Made by a program: the position numbers and the translations under genes
In this document: in pieces, positions 1 to 14,475 of the stretch
How the letters are laid out: each line of letters opens with the position of its first letter
How positions within the stretch are numbered: position 1 is the first letter of the stretch
The notes under the pieces: model-generated
The model's database searches: none
Seen by the model: only the letters and a program-made list of their open reading frames with translations
What the model was told of the DNA's origin: nothing
From: Raillietiella orientalis
Taxonomy: Eukaryota
Direction of reading: 5' to 3'
DNA length: 64,000 bases
NCBI GenBank assembly: GCA_036172245.1
Contig: JAYWIR010000001.1
Span: forward strand, 6,882,001-6,946,000

Positions 1-499
1 AAGCAGAAAAGCACAGATCCATCATCTTGCAGAGTTGGAAGAAACCTTCCTTGTGCCGACTCCGCGAGCTGTAATGAAGGAACCCTTTGCTTGGTCTCCA
101 GCGGCACGTGCCAAGTGGAGCTGCTGAACATGCTATTCGACCTGCAAATAAAGGCCACCAGCTCGATGAGAGCGAGATCGCTTCCGGGAAGGAGGCTGAC
201 TACCTCCGAAGACCAAGGCCAACTCATGCAGTTCGCTGTCGAAGGGGCTAGGCGTATTCCCTGCGGTGACATGGGCGTTGCCATCTGATCACACTGGGGA
301 TGCTTACTAATTAAAATAAACACAATTGTCCTGATGGAGTACGAAGCACCACCGCAGTCACTTCTACAGTGGACCTGCAGGGTATTTCGCCGGTATGCAG
401 ACTGGAGCGGGGTCGCCTCGACAGCGGAGAAGCAAGTGGGAGAAAAACAAAAGGAAAAATAAAATAAAAGAATAAATAAAGATAAATGAGAACAATCTA

Positions 500-3400
500 G
501 AGGTTCGGGAGGGGATCAATACCTGCTAGAGGGAGCCTGCATCCTTTCCAGGATGCCAGCTAGGCCCGTCCGAATAGGTCCCATCCGCAGAAAGCGAACT
601 GCGAACTTGGCGGCGTTCCTCTCTCGTTTCTTCCTCCATTGGCTTCATTCCAGGCCTCCACGATCCCACGGATGAGCGCTGCTGGGGCTGTGTCTGGCTG
701 CTGGGCATCCCACACAAAGAGGAGATCCCTGGGGGCGCCAGCTGGGATCCGAAGGGTCGTTCCAAAACGTTCCCAGAGGGACCGAAGGGCAACACAGTTC
801 ACGAAGAGGTGTGGGAGGGATTCCCGTTCCCCGCACCTGCGACAGTCCGGGCTCGCCCTCCTCTGCGTCCAGTGGTGTCGGCGTTTCAGGGAAAAGTGCT
901 GCTGTTCTTGAACACCAAGGACCACTCCAGATCTTTAGATGGAATTCCGAGCAGCTCTCTCCAGCGGTGTAGTCCTCGTGAAAGGGCACTCGAGGTCGCA
1001 GCATTCGCCAGCTGCCCCATGGTGTTCATCCACTCATCAGCTTCAACCTGTCTGCGACCTCGGAGACTTGGCATTTGGCTGCTGCCAAGTGCCTTCCTCA
1101 GAAAGGGCGTTGTTGTCGCGAGGGAGGGGGGACATGGGCGAAAGACGCGAGACTACTAGGGGGAGGGAGGTGGTCCCTCTAGGTAGAAGTTCAAGAAAAT
1201 GTAAGTGCAATCCAAGAAGCTGCGGATGGCCGGACAAACCGCGCTCGAGAGGAAGAGCGAAGAGCGATCTTCAGCGAGGGCTCCCGCACGCGGTGAGCGC
1301 TTTGTCACGCGCACGCTGTCGAAACTTCTCCAAGGCCCCGCTGAAATTGCAATTTGGACGGACAGATCTGACCCTCCTCTTGTCGGACCAGCGGTGGATG
1401 CCGAAGGGCTGCTGGCTCATGGGTAACGAGAACAGCAAGGTTTCCATCCTTCGCGGTGACCTCACGGGATGAAGAAGACGCACTCGGATAATTACAGATG
1501 GTCAGGCCAAGTCGGCTTTCCCAAATTTTCGTGTTTTTTAAGCTTCGATAGGCATGGTGTCCAAAATTTCAGATGGTGGCAACTATACCTCTGTTGTGTT
1601 ACCTGCGGATGGTGTTTGCTTGGCACACCATCCATACAGCTGCAGCAGCAGCATTGGAATGGCTTCGGCAGCGGCTGGAGTGGCGATAAGGAAGAAGGTG
1701 AAGAGCGGCAGAAAGAGGAGGTCCCACGATCACCGAGATTCTTACGAGGTGCCGGTCAGAGACAGCACCTATTCGTTCTTCCTGCTCGCGATAAAAGTTC
1801 TGGCTGGTGGTGGCTCCGGCGCGCGTTCTTCCAGTGGAGAGCATCCCTGGTGCGGGGGAGGAGGAGGAGCCGCGGGTTCGAATAAGAACCTCCGGGCTGG
1901 ATCTACCTGACTCGGGATCTGCCGCGGCCATGCGCACCAGGTCGCGGAGCTCTGAGGAGAGTTGAGCCTCCATTCGTCGCCTCATCCTGTTGGCGCCTGG
2001 TTCCCTGCGCTCTTTGCTGACCGTTACGCTGGCACTGGGTCGGCGGAACGGGCTGGTGGTGAAATCTGGGGCCCATACTCCCCTCCCTGCCCGCAGGTGT
2101 CATCTTTCGAATGGTCTTCCAACGCCGCCACACCAGAGCGAAGAAAGCCCTGGAAGGCTTATGTCTACCGCACAAGCGCACCCGCACCACCACAGTTGAT
2201 CATCAGCAACAAGTCTACGTGGAGTCATCAAGCATCCTTCTGTTGCTGGGTTTCTAAAACTCTCGCAAGATTTGTTGCTCGAGGAGAGCGCCGCACCACC
2301 TGAAAAAGGGTCCCGTGCTTTCGAGGACGATCGACCGATCGCTCTTCACGGATTTTGGCGGGAAGGAAGAGGAGGCATCTCGAATGTGAGGATGGATCAT
2401 GGCCGGCCGGTGGCGCCACCGTTCCGGCTGCAGTGGAAGCGCGGACTTATGCCGTCGCCAGCCGCAAGGAGGATGGCCGCCCAAGAAAAAGCTCACGTCC
2501 ATCTCTTATTTAGGATATTCAGCATCAGTTGACCTTCAGACTACAAAGTGGAGTTCACGGGGGAAACTCGAGCGGCCGCAGTGCCCACAGAGGAACCGCA
2601 ACTCCAGTTACCGGTACGGCTGAGAGCAAGCACCGACGAAGGGGATGAGTGTTCCCGAAGAGGCATTCCCCGCTCGTGCCTTCGCACCTGTGCCTTGATG
2701 ACGAAACCCTAACGAGAGACGTCATCAGCGGGCAGTCCATCCCATAGGGTTCCTCCAAAAGATGAGAAAGCGCGCTAGGGAATCCCGAATAAGAATGAAG
2801 ACTCCCAGAAAGCAAAGGTCCAGGGAGACAGCTGTAATGATTTGCCTAGTTTTTCCTATCAGAAGACAGGAGGGATGGTACCAATGATGGTTGTCCGTAG
2901 TTTTCTACTTTCGAATCCAATCAAGGGAATTTTAGGAAAAAATTTAGGAAAAATAGATGAGCAAGTGTACTTTCCCCAAATAAAGGTTTTTTGGGAAGGA
3001 AACTTTGGAAGAAAAGTTCTGCCAAGGACGTGCAGCCATCCTTTTCTTCCTGATTTTTGTCTTGAGCATCGCTGGAAAACCTGTTGTCGCAGTTTCCATC
3101 TTCAGCATCCCCGCAAGCCATGTAGCTGCCAAAATGCGCCGACGTAGCTTCTTCGAAGAGCGCCTGAATCATAGTCTCTTTCGTGTTGAGTGTGCTGCTT
3201 CCCGATGTAAAAGTGACCGCTGCCGTTTAGCGAATTGGCACGGGGGATTTCACCCAGTCCGGTAGGCGGCATGAGGTGATTTCACGAAACACACATGCAC
3301 ACTTTTTGCAAAACACTAAAACAGCTTCACCCTTGTTTTTGCATTTTCACTTATTTTCAGTCGTTTCGGAGTTGCTGCTATCCCTGGATTGTGGTCACTA

Positions 3401-5100
3401 AAATGCTAGGAGCGTTCCGTCCATCCGCGCAGTATCGTCAGTCTTCCCCGAGATGCAATCATACCGCCAAGCTGGGATTCGTCCGCAGTTCCCGATGCCA
3501 TTCTCCTCCTGGTAACTTCCTGAAGGATATTGATGGCAGACGTCAGTTTTCTTGTTTTCCTTATATTTGCCCTGCTTATCATGACGCTCGTGACAAAGAG
3601 GTCCATCTCTGTACGTGACCACAGTGTTGTACCGGAGAATGCCGTTCCCTTCGAACAGTCCCTTCAGAATATTCATCTTCCAGGATGTCTCCAGGACCGA
3701 CATCGCCTTTAACCTTGCCCAGTCATGGCGCGGCGTTGGGCAATTGAGTACGTGGAGCCGTATTTCGTTGGTTCCACATGCCTTGCAGAATTCCTCCTGA
3801 AGATCGCCTGTCGATGTTTAGTTCTGGAACCACTCAGGACTCCTCCGTGGTAGAACATCAGGAGGTCCTCCTGGGTGCCCGGTGGTACGTCCAGACCGTG
3901 TCCCCCTGTCGCTCGCACGTTCACGATTCGGTTCCCGTAGCAGCTGGCACCATGGAGCTACGCCATCTTCGCCTCTAACGAGGATTTCCAGCAGGTTCTT
4001 CTCCGTTATTTCGGACCACGCACAGTTGTAGTTATCCCAAAATTCGCGTGTCCTAATCGTGTAACGTCCCGTTAGTTCTTCCTGGTAGCGACACAAAACC
4101 GTATTTTGTGGCAGGATCCACTGGTAGCGAACTGTTCGCCTTCTCGAATGTCATTCCGGACTTTCGAAATATCCAGAGCCACGTCTCCCGTGGAAGAGGA
4201 TAAAACTAACCACTTCATGGCAACCCAACCCATGTATCTTCTCCTCATTTCTCTATAAAGTTCTGATGCGTTCGCAACCAAGCTTTTGTGTCCCGTGCCG
4301 GGCGCAGTCACAATGACCCGTAAGCAGTGCCCTCAGCAACCGTCTCTTTCAAGCTGCTTCAGAGTGCTTTAGGAACCATGGTTCTTATTAGGGGTTGGGA
4401 AGGCAATGTACGCCTGGGAGTCATAGGGCCAAGAGGAGAAATTTGCAAGGGAAGATTCGACAGTAGGTTGCTGCGCGTTTTGCTCCGTTTTCCAATAAAC
4501 TGGACCTAACAGAGGAAGAGCAGGAAGCAAGAACTTCACCACGCTTGAAGGAATGCTAAAAAAAAAAAAAAAAGCCTTGAAACCCAAAGCCGTGCAGACA
4601 GGAGTTGCAATACACGCGAACAAATCAGACAGGCAGGGTGGAGCTGACAGCCTGCTAGATAGGCGAGCAAGCAAAGCACAGTGCGGTTTTGCCTGCTTGC
4701 TACGCTCCTGGAGTCATGAGTCTGGCAGGAGCAATCCAGCACTTCATGGCATTTCACTCGGTAGAAGACGAGAATGACTTCTCCCTAATCGGATCGCCCC
4801 GCCGGAGAACAAAAGCGTGATGGGATTTTTGAATGCAGTTTTCCCCAGTTCGACTTGAGGTGGGGTGAATTTACTTAACAACTTTGAGTTACAAGAATTA
4901 ACATCACAACAGTCGCCCATCTCGTGGGTCTCTTGCAGACACACGATGTCCTCACGCTCGATGGCGCGCGTGATCCTTGCTTTCTTCTCCTGGTTCAATC
5001 TGCCATTCACGTTCCAGGAAACGATCTTGATACTCCTGGAGGAAAGGCAGGAGGAGGGCCATGGGGAATTATTTGATGATCTTGTCTTTTGCTTGGAAGA
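500..5100 (-). mobile_element. Degenerate non-LTR retrotransposon (LINE) ORF2 remnant: APE endonuclease start to C-terminal zinc finger
   Basis: Minus-strand IKIVSWNVNG...DIVCLQETH (ORF 4744..5205) is the typical N-terminus of a LINE APE endonuclease. CRRCGERESLPHLFVNC..LW (ORF 560..925) is the zf-RVT C-terminal motif. Order and spacing fit one ORF2, but the intervening RT region is broken by stops and frameshifts and no clean YADD is visible. Boundaries approximate. Confidence 0.6.
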
Positions 5101-7515
5101 CTCCGTCGGCCACCTCGCAGTAGAAGCGATCTCCTCCATTTCGCACTCGGACTCCACGTAGTTCAGCTTGGACTTTTGCTGAAATGAGTCTGCAGTTTGA
5201 GCCATTTACGTATCAGCAAATGCTTATTATGCATATCAGCGACTCCGAATTTAGCAAAATACGCGCGACAAACGTAGAAAGAGAAATGCATCCCGAAAAG
5301 AGAGATCCAGGCACAAGCATGGGCACGTGTTTGCCGCCTCTGGAACGACGCAGGCAAAGAAGTTTCGATAAAGAGCGAAGCACTGAGAACAAAACGTGGA
5401 TTCAGCATAAGAGACTCAAGAAAAGCACAGTCCATGAATTGGACACATCCTCGCACAGTGAATATTCGAAATCCAGTGCGACCAGATACGCAGTCACATT
5501 CCTTTATATGATTCCATCTATTCAGCCTCCAGAGATGAAAAGGTACTGGTGTATCCCGTAGACCCCCCCTTCGGAAGTGGGTGCAACAACCATTTGGTTG
5601 AGTAGAGAGTCTCAAACAAATGAGAAAATAGCAAGACAGAAGAATACCGGAACACGTTCATGATCAACAGACTCGCTAACGATTCCTATGGTGATCACGG
5701 AGGGTGCTCTAGAGATACGCACATTCGTCAGCTCAGCAAAAAGCTCTTCCTTTATTCGCACAATCCACTCAACCCAAAACCAGGGAATCAATTTCACGGC
5801 TACGTATCCCCTTCCTTGCAGCAACATGGGTCACTTTATCGTGGACCCTCTCGTGAAGCAACAAAGCTTAGCCCAGAGGGTCATTGAGCGAACTTCTGAA
5901 TCGCTTTCGCGTGAGGCATTCGCCTCATTTGGTGAGGAAACTGCAGCCAAAAGCACCGCCTGCCTGCATGAAAAGCAAACAGGTCGCTCTCCCTGCGATG
6001 TCGATGCCGCCCTACGTCGAAAGGGAAGAACCTGGATGCGCACTCACCGACGACCCTCGAGTCTGATTCCCCACACGCACAAAAGCAGCCTTCTTCCCTG
6101 CATCCGTTTCCCGGGGGTACGCTTCGACCGCGAGCACGACTTCGCCCATCTGCCTCCAGCGACGTGCGGCTGCCGCGCCTCACGGATCGCTACCCAACCT
6201 GCGAACGACTGCCCACCACCACAAGCAAACTCACCGCGACAAGTGGGCAAGTTGCCGGCATTCCACCCATCTCTTCCTTCTCCAGCGCTCGAAGATCCAC
6301 ACTCCAAACGCTCCATCGCCGTGCTCTTCTCCCTGGAAAATGGTTCGGGCCGACGCAACTCGGGAGCACCTCCTCGTGTCCTCCAATTACTCGCAATCCG
6401 CACGTCGAAGCGGGGGGAAACGGCCGGTGCTAGCGGACAGGAAGTTGATGAAACCGGCCGCGATGGAGCAAGGGCCCCTCCAAGACGTTTTGCAAGACCG
6501 CCTTTCTCCTTGCCGCGAATGAAGGAAACGCAACCACCAATCCCACCAGTCGAAACATCAGCTGCAAGGCAGCCCCATCGAGCGAAATCGTGGGGCTCTC
6601 CGCAGCCGAATGCACGCCACCGCGGTACCGCAAGAGCGGGCCGACCCACAATTCGGATCCCACAACACAGTTCCATTCCTCAGCGGCCACCTGCCACATC
6701 CACCCATTCGGCGAATCTCAAACGTGCAGCAGTCCGGCCAGTGACCCGCCAGCACGAACGCACCGCACGATCCACGGCGGCCTCTGCCGATCAGAAGGAA
6801 ACGGGAATTTTCGTCCACCTCTTGGCACGCACGAACCGACAACCCTCCGGTGGTCGTGCGCCGCCACGGTCCACTAGCAAAAACTCTGCCCGCCGACCGG
6901 AAGCAAACGTGCCGAGGGCCACGCTGACCCCCAGCACCGCGCTACACGATGCTCCACCTGAAAAGTGAGGAAGTGCACCAACTCGCGCTTCCCTTACCCA
7001 AGCCGTCACGACCTCGAAAGCCAGGGTACGCAAAAGCATCCACTTCGTAGCCCTGCTCTGGAGGTGTGCATGCCTGTCCGCAAGAGGAAAAAAAACACGA
7101 TTACCGGAAGCATTCCACGCGCGGGAACCACTTGCCGTAAAAACATCTTTTCCACTTTCCTTTCCCGGGAGGCAGGCGCCAGCCACGGAAGAAAATTCAT
7201 GCGGGAACAAAATTCTTTATTCGCCCCATTTTCCCCCCTTCTCCGTCGAGGGCCATTCTTTGGCATGAGGATTCCAACGTTGGAAAACCGAACAGCCAAC
7301 AAACCCCTTCGCATCATAACGTCGCTTCACAACACGGAAGCGAATTCACTGCGCACGAATGCATCCAAACAAACGGTGCAACACTTCAGCGAGACACTCT
7401 CAGCCACGCTTCGTGAATCGTTGCACAGGAAAACCATCCGCGAACATCCGGGGGGCAGGGAGGGGGGAAGGGGGGCAGGGCGAAAATGCCTTCCACACTT
7501 GCAAATTTCCCAGAT

Positions 7516-8992
7516 TCACAAACGATTCGTCACCGTGTCCGAAGAGCTCGTACGAGTGAGGGGATGCAAAAAGTCCCACGCATGATACTGCGGATCACCG
7601 TCCTCAGCTGGCTCCAAACTGCACTTCCGTTTGGCATACACGTGCACTTCCTCCATGCACATTCGCAGGTTCTCGATGGATTCACTTAGGTAACACAGCT
7701 GCTGCAGTAATGCCACGTCCATACGGCGCAGGCTTTCCTTAAAACAAAACACCACACGATCGATCGCCAACATGCCACCGGACACTTTCGAAACGCATCC
7801 ACGCTCCACCGACAACACCGAAGCCTCGAACCACCGCGGGCGAGCAGGTCGTCCCTGCGAACACGTTACGGTCGCACCTCGCACGCCCTGGCTGACGACC
7901 ACCACCATCATCGGCTGCCCCAATCTTCAGCGAACACGCGCAGCCGTCGACAGCACCTCGCCTCGCTCCTTCACCACGCGCCTCGACAAACCACTTCCAC
8001 GTCCACCTTCACTTTACGCAGCGGCCACCGATTGTCACCATCCTCTTCGTGACCCATCCACGCCCGCGCAACCGAAACCGTGCGCAAATCCCAAACAATC
8101 CAAATGCTTACAAACACACACCATCAAAAGGAACATCCGAAAGAACATCCGAACCGTGCCGGGATACAGGCCGTGCACAACCACCACCCCGCATCCAGGA
8201 CCAGTACAAACACCCCACCCTGTCACCGATTGCTTTCTTCGCCCGCGTGCACACATTGCGAGCAACGGCCAAACACCCACCCTCGTCCGACGACTTTACC
8301 AACGGCAAGCGGCATGCATGCGACACTCGCGGAGCAATCCCACCTTCTCCTCCCAGCAGCGCACTTCCCAACACTCCCCCAAAGGTGATGCGAACGCATC
8401 CGAAGCTTTCTTCCTTCGCTCCTCTCCTTCACGTCGCACGCAGCTCACACCTCCATTCCCAAACACCGTCGCCGGAGAACGACACCTTTCTCGGTTCGCT
8501 TATCCTGAAAACGGGATACGGGCGTGCATCCGAAAAGCGCCATGCAAACGTCCAATTCGATCTGACCTTCCATGCTCGGAAACCCGAGCGACAAACTGCA
8601 CCGACAACAACAACACGTGAACTGCAGAAGAAACGAAACACACAATACAGGCGAAGCACAACTGGCAACCAGGAACCAACGGCAACACAAGATGATCCCA
8701 TTCAACCTCCTGGCAAGCAATTCCCACTCGCCCATTTCCCATCACTCTTGTTGTTCTTGTGCGAATTGCGCCCAAGCACCCACACTGCAATCCCACGCCC
8801 ATGTATTGGGGGAAAGGACCTTACCATCTCTTTGCGAAGAACAGCAAGCTTTTCGTTTAAATCCAACGGAACGAAGGGGTTCGGAGCATCGGCAAAGTCC
8901 GTTTCCTCGCAGTCCTCATCAGCCAAATACAATGCGGAAGAAGCGAGAGCTCTCCTCAGACCATCGGGCACGCAAAGGTCGAAGACCGACAT
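7516..8992 (-). CDS. FAM89/LURAP-family leucine-rich adaptor-like protein, copy 1 (exons 8992-8825, 7737-7516; 129 aa)
   Basis: Spliced translation gives ...LNEKLAVLRKEM|ESLRRMDVALLQQLCYLSESIENLR..., resembling the FAM89 core [29 protein letters not shown]. Phase-0 GT-AG intron. Mirror of 38934..40410. Confidence 0.75.
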
Positions 8993-9052
8993 GCTCTGCA
9001 AAGCAGCATTTTTCCAAGCACCCTTCCAACGCACCGTATCCTACATCCTATC

Positions 9053-11726
9053 CTATTCTTTGAATTTCCACTCCTGGCGGCACATGGGGCACGGTTGCTG
9101 CACTTGCTGCGAATTTAACCATTTCATTATGCAGTGGATGTGAAAACAATGAGAGCACTGGCCCCACACTGAAAGCATACAACACTTACTTTCAAGCAAC
9201 CAGTCCCGCACTCCCAATTACGCTTCATCAACACTTTCTTACCATGCAGATTGAGCTCACCTAAACATGCAGGCATGCAACCAAACCACATCCTCCTGCT
9301 TTTCCATCCTTCCCAAGCACACTTCCAGCTTGCAAACAAAACTGCATCTTCAACATGCATTACAGCGCACCTCATCCACATTCACTCCCTTTCTGGGAAG
9401 GAACAGCACAACAACCAAGCCAATGCATTCCACATCCTCTTGGAAGCCACCGGTGCATACTTTTTCCGATCGACTTACAACTGCAAATCCAAAATAAGGC
9501 AAGCAGCAGCCATCCATCTTCCACAAAACTACAAAAACCACCCTCGACCCCACACCACTTGCAAGGGCACGATCCTTGCTGCATACTACTAGCATGAAAA
9601 ACACCTTGCTCCCTGACCACTTGCACCGCACTTGCCTTCCTAACTAGTCCAAATTGAATGCCAAGAACGAAAAAAAGAAAAAAAAGAAAAAAAAAAACCC
9701 TTATATTGTGGAGAAAATCAATCCGGGAACGAGCATCCAACCTGGAAAACAAATGTTCCTACACATTCCAAGTCTTTGTGGGTAGCCAATCCTCAACACC
9801 CTGGTGTCCTCCCTCCACCATCATCTCCACAAAAATCACAAACCTCAAACTGTCGCTTGCTCAAAACATTCTTGGATAAAAGCATTTGGCTGATCCACAG
9901 CAAACACACAGTTTCCAACATCAACCTGAAGCCACCACTGACCAAACGCATACTTTTTGCAGACAACAAACAAAATGCACCCACCTGAACAACTGTGGTG
10001 CAAAGTTGGCACATTCAACACAAACCCACCTCCACCCACATTCGAGTATCCAGGAACCATGCTCAAAAACACACCCTTCAAATCGTTTCTAACCAACCCA
10101 GGCACAGCCACAGCCACTTCACCACCTCCACATTTCAGAGAGCAGGCATCCAATGCTGCATTGCCACAACACAAATACAGCACTAGCTTTCCAATAACTG
10201 AAACTCCATTCACCAGGAGCTTCATTTACCAACAAATTCCACAGAACTACCAGCATGGGATGCTAACTCCCCTTGCAGCTGATGTGGAAACTCCAGTTGC
10301 TTCCAAGAGGCTGCTCCCATGCAGCCATTCAACGCACCTCAACACACTCCCCATGCACTTTACCTGCATTGGCACAATTCCCCTCCAAAGGTGATCGCAC
10401 CACCCACTCCCAAAACAACAAGTACACGTACCTAAAGGGCAGTCATCTCCAGGCATTTTGCAGTCGTTGCAGCAACCATCAAAAGGTGTACGGCATATAC
10501 CACAATTGTCATCGTTAGCAACCCATTTCCACACTGCTACACCAGCATAACCTGCATGCACAGAAATTACATACTTTCTGACGGCACGCCTTTGGGCAAA
10601 CTGACGAGCACACCCCCACTTTCTTTTCACGCAACAAACACACACTCTTTGAGAATGATGCACACAAAAACACACAATCCAAACGCTCTACCCCCCCCCC
10701 CCCCATGTCCCCATCTTGGCATACCATCCTACTTGCCCCGGATTTTCACGACAGGAAGACCGAACGTACAAACACAAACGTGAAACAACAAAGCAAAAAG
10801 AAAAATCAAAGAAAACCACCTGCTTCTTCCGGGGTCTTCAGCCCACAACCAAATGCAACGGACCGCCTCGAAATTCGATGCACGTCAGCAAGCAAGCAGG
10901 CACGAAACCACCACCAGGGATCACCCAGCCTCCTGACCGCTGCCGCAACCACGCACGACCAACTGCGGAATCCATCAAACGCCCAACCCGGCCATACACA
11001 AACACACTCCTCTGCAAAAATGACTTTCTGGCCACCCTAACAACACACTCCTTCTTCGCACGGAGAAAAATCGATCCCAAACCCGGACTCCGACTGTAAC
11101 CCTTCCATGCACACCCAAATTCCACTCGCCCCATCGGCGGGTACCCCCACAACCGACTTGCACCTACCTACCTGCGGGCTCTATCCCTGCCACACGCATC
11201 CCAACCCCTACGCACGTCGGCCACGCTGGACCCTGCATCCCATCCTCGCGTGTCCACGACCGAATCGCTTTCCTTTCCGTTCCCAACATTTCCCACTACC
11301 CCCAATGCATCCCCTCCACCGCAGAAGGAGCACCCCGAATCTGCAGTGCGGCAGCAGCCGTGCGCTTTGCCACCACATCGAGCCGCGAGCAGCATTCGTT
11401 CCGCCGGTGCCACGCCGAACGAATCCAACCGCCGGCCACATCTCGGAAAAACCACACGGGCAACATTAGCAAACTGACCACCCCAAGCTGCTTTCCTTCT
11501 GCTTGGATCCAGCACGCTTCACGACATCCCACCAACTGCCTGCTTGCCACACTGCCCGAAACGAGGGCAAAAACGAAAGAAGAAGGAAAAAAAAAAAAAA
11601 ACACCTTCCGTCGAATGCTGCGACGGACACACGAAAACACCACGCGGCAACACGACGGCCCAAGGTGCCCGCACCACCGATTTGTCCGCAGGAAAAAAAA
11701 GACTTACGTTTGATCTTCACTTTCAT
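9053..11726 (-). CDS. ANAPC11: Anaphase-promoting complex subunit 11 (RING-H2), copy 1 (exons 11726-11708, 10551-10432, 9168-9053; 84 aa)
   Basis: Spliced product [88 protein letters not shown] introns with consistent phase 1. Confidence 0.95.
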
Positions 11727-13940
11727 GCTCGAACCACGGAGCGCACGCAGCGCTCCCACACGTCGCTCGCCGAACAGCCTCGCGCGCGAACCCTTCTCGC
11801 CCAACTGCCGACTTCCTTCCCGCTGGACACGACGCGCCCCCTCCCTCCAGCTTGAAACGCATCGCCCTCTCGCGCCCGCTGCCGACGACACCCCCCGCCC
11901 TTCCTGCGTTTCCCAAACCTGCCGACCACCCTTTCCCCATCGTTCCGACAACTTCTTGCCTCTTGTTACGCACGTTTCCGGACGCGCCTTCTGCCCCACC
12001 TGACGACAGACGCCGACCTACGAGTCCAACAACTTGCATTGACCATTTGCGGTATTGCTGGAAGCGCTCTGCAGAATCTTTCACGAAACACTTTCTGTTT
12101 CCTCCGTGTTCTTCACGGTTCCTCGGTGCTTTCTTCCGCGGTTGCGCTGCATTTTCCCTTCTTACATGTGTTGTTGCATGGATGCCACTTGAGAAGCGGA
12201 TGCAGGGAGGTGGCCTACCATCCGCTGCCGTAGCCTGATCGGCTTCTTCTCCGGAATTCGTACGCATTGTACAACGTTGTCGTTTTCAGGATCCCACGCT
12301 CCCAGTGGGCCGCCGATGATCGCCTGCAATGCCGACTGCAATGCCGCTGCGATGAAAGTTTCGCCGACCCCACTCGGTGCGAGGCAACGCGCCCGGAGCT
12401 GCGGACAGCGACGGATGTCTCGGCGTGGCTCTCCTTTCACCGTACGCCCTAGCCTGCAGGCCGGAGCCGTGCTGACGTCTCCTCCGGAGGAGACGCAACA
12501 AGGGGGAGCGGTTCCGAAGCCCTCAACGGGCCGAAGACGCTCCTGCCTCGACTTTCGCCCGGGGCTGAGAAAGCAGGATCGTCTGGAACGGGTCGGAGGA
12601 GAAGGAAGTGTGCGAGAGCCCGAACTCTGCAGCTGGGAGGGCGCGCGGCTGTCGGTGCGAAGACCGCAGGCGGCGGCGGCGGCGGCCCTTGCGGCTCCTG
12701 CAAAGCGACCGCATCGGAAACGAGGGAAGGCAAAAGAGGTTGGGCGCCGCGCGTGCTGCCCGGGTGGCTGGAGGAGGACTGCTTGTGTGCTTGGAAGCGT
12801 TCTGGGATGTTTGCTGGTTCGGGTGGCGAGGCGACGGGAAGCCGTGGGGCCGATGTCTTGGGAACGGCCTTCTCGACCTGCGTGCATCGGCGGGTGGTTC
12901 TGAGGAAAGGAGGTTTTGGTCCGAGTGAAAAGCTGCAGCGTCTGGGTTTCGATTTCTCTCCGTGCTTCCTTTGATGGCTACATAGGGTTCTGTGTGTGTT
13001 TACGCGTCTTCTCCACGAATAGTTGTGACTTCGGTGATTGGTGTTGACTCTTTCTGAGCTTTCACTTGTGAGCGCGACTTTTGCTCTAATTCATACTCAC
13101 ATCATGCGTTCATGTGGCTCTTGCTGTTTTTTTTAATGGCAATTGACTGTGGAGACGGCAACGTGGTTTTTCTGATTTGTAGTATGGTACTGGTCTTTAT
13201 GTTCTTATTTGGCCGTCTTTGTGATCACAATTGAAGTTCTGTGCTATTCTGTTGTCTTTGGACTACTGTTGCGAACTATACGCTCCTATGCATCCATTTG
13301 GGTTCAGGTTACCATCTGATAATAGGGCAGATGGAGTTGGGCAATCATTATAGAGTGAGGTGAAATATTTTGCACAGCATCAGATGGTATGACACAATGC
13401 ACATTTACGTAAACATGTATATTGTTACACTCACATGTCTTAACACTGTAGTTAATCAAATGTGAATACTCCACAAGGTATACTGTAGAGACTTTCCTTT
13501 TGCAATGAGCAGCGCAGGGTACCGTATTATGTTCAACAAAATCAATAAAAATAAAAGTCACTGGGCACTTGTATTTCATTTTATAGACTACCTTTTTCAC
13601 ATTTTAGATTTTATTTTATCTTACTTTTTCCAATTTTTTCCTGCATTTTTTCAGTATTGGTAAGCACTTTATCATAGTGCGCACCACGCTAGACGGCAAC
13701 TTTTCCAAGTCAGTTGTAGCCCCCCCCCCCCCCCGTTGCTTAGCACTCTTTGTTGATTTCATGGGTGCAGCTTTTCATCGGTGGGACCCGGGCAAAATGA
13801 CCTACTGCATCCCAGGCGAGAGGTTCGAATTAGTGCGAACGTGAGATCTTTTCATAGACCTGCTGAGGAGGTCATTTCTGCAGAACCTCTAGCGTTCGGG
13901 TCGCACGTGGTGGTGGGCTCTAACCCCTGTTGTTTCCGCT

Positions 13941-14475
13941 TCAGAATGGGCGTCTCGCAGCTTCGTATCCGGTCCCCTTTCCACGTGGTGGATGGCGCGC
14001 GATGAAACTGTGAGAGATGTGGAAAGGCGGATGGATAATTCGGCGTGTCGCTGACCACGTCCTCAAACAGGGAGGTTGTTTCGTTCGATAGAGCTGGGTC
14101 ATCATCACTGAATATCGCTGATGGGCGCAGAAAGAGTCATCAAACCTAAGTTTTTTTTCCGTCTCGCTGGGGAGGGTGCCGAGTGAAGACGAGTGGTTCT
14201 TGGCAAGCGGAAAAAGTGACAATCTCTTTATCCTGCTGAGGTTTTCTTGACGCTGTAGATGCAGCCCTAGGTTCCTGGTGACTGCAAAGAATTCTACGCA
14301 AACTTGAGCTAAATCTGGAGCATGGTGAATCAACGGTGCACATAAAGGGCAAGAGTGCCGCGCTCAGGACATACACGAAAGGGAGAATTTTCGTTTCTCC
14401 AGCCTTGATGTCATAGACAGGAGAGAAAAAAGAGGAAGCAAGTGTGGCAGCCCTGTTTTCCAGCTTTAAAAGCAA
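13941..14475 (-). mobile_element. Possible degenerate LINE reverse-transcriptase fragment
   Basis: Overlapping frames give DIKAGETKILPFVYVLSAALL (weakly like the G-x-x-Q-G...SP-x-LF motif) and EFFAVTRNLGLHLQRQ (like F...GL-x-IN). Catalytic YADD not seen. Confidence 0.3.

Larger units (their letters stand above)
5897..12901 (-). repeat. Left arm of ~7 kb inverted repeat (palindrome arm 1)
   Basis: Reverse complement of 34838..42029; mirrored ORFs are identical (e.g. 8049..9143+ = 38783..39877-; 11704..12267- = 35660..36223+). Lacks a 188-nt segment present in arm 2. Confidence 0.97.

Noticed and set aside
5688-6968. 426-aa ORF and other long ORFs in the arms (8049..9143, 34852..35712, 40958..42034)
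   Set aside because: No recognisable domain, R/P/S/T-rich, mostly antisense to the real genes, and one crosses the arm boundary; expected by chance in GC-rich, skewed DNA.
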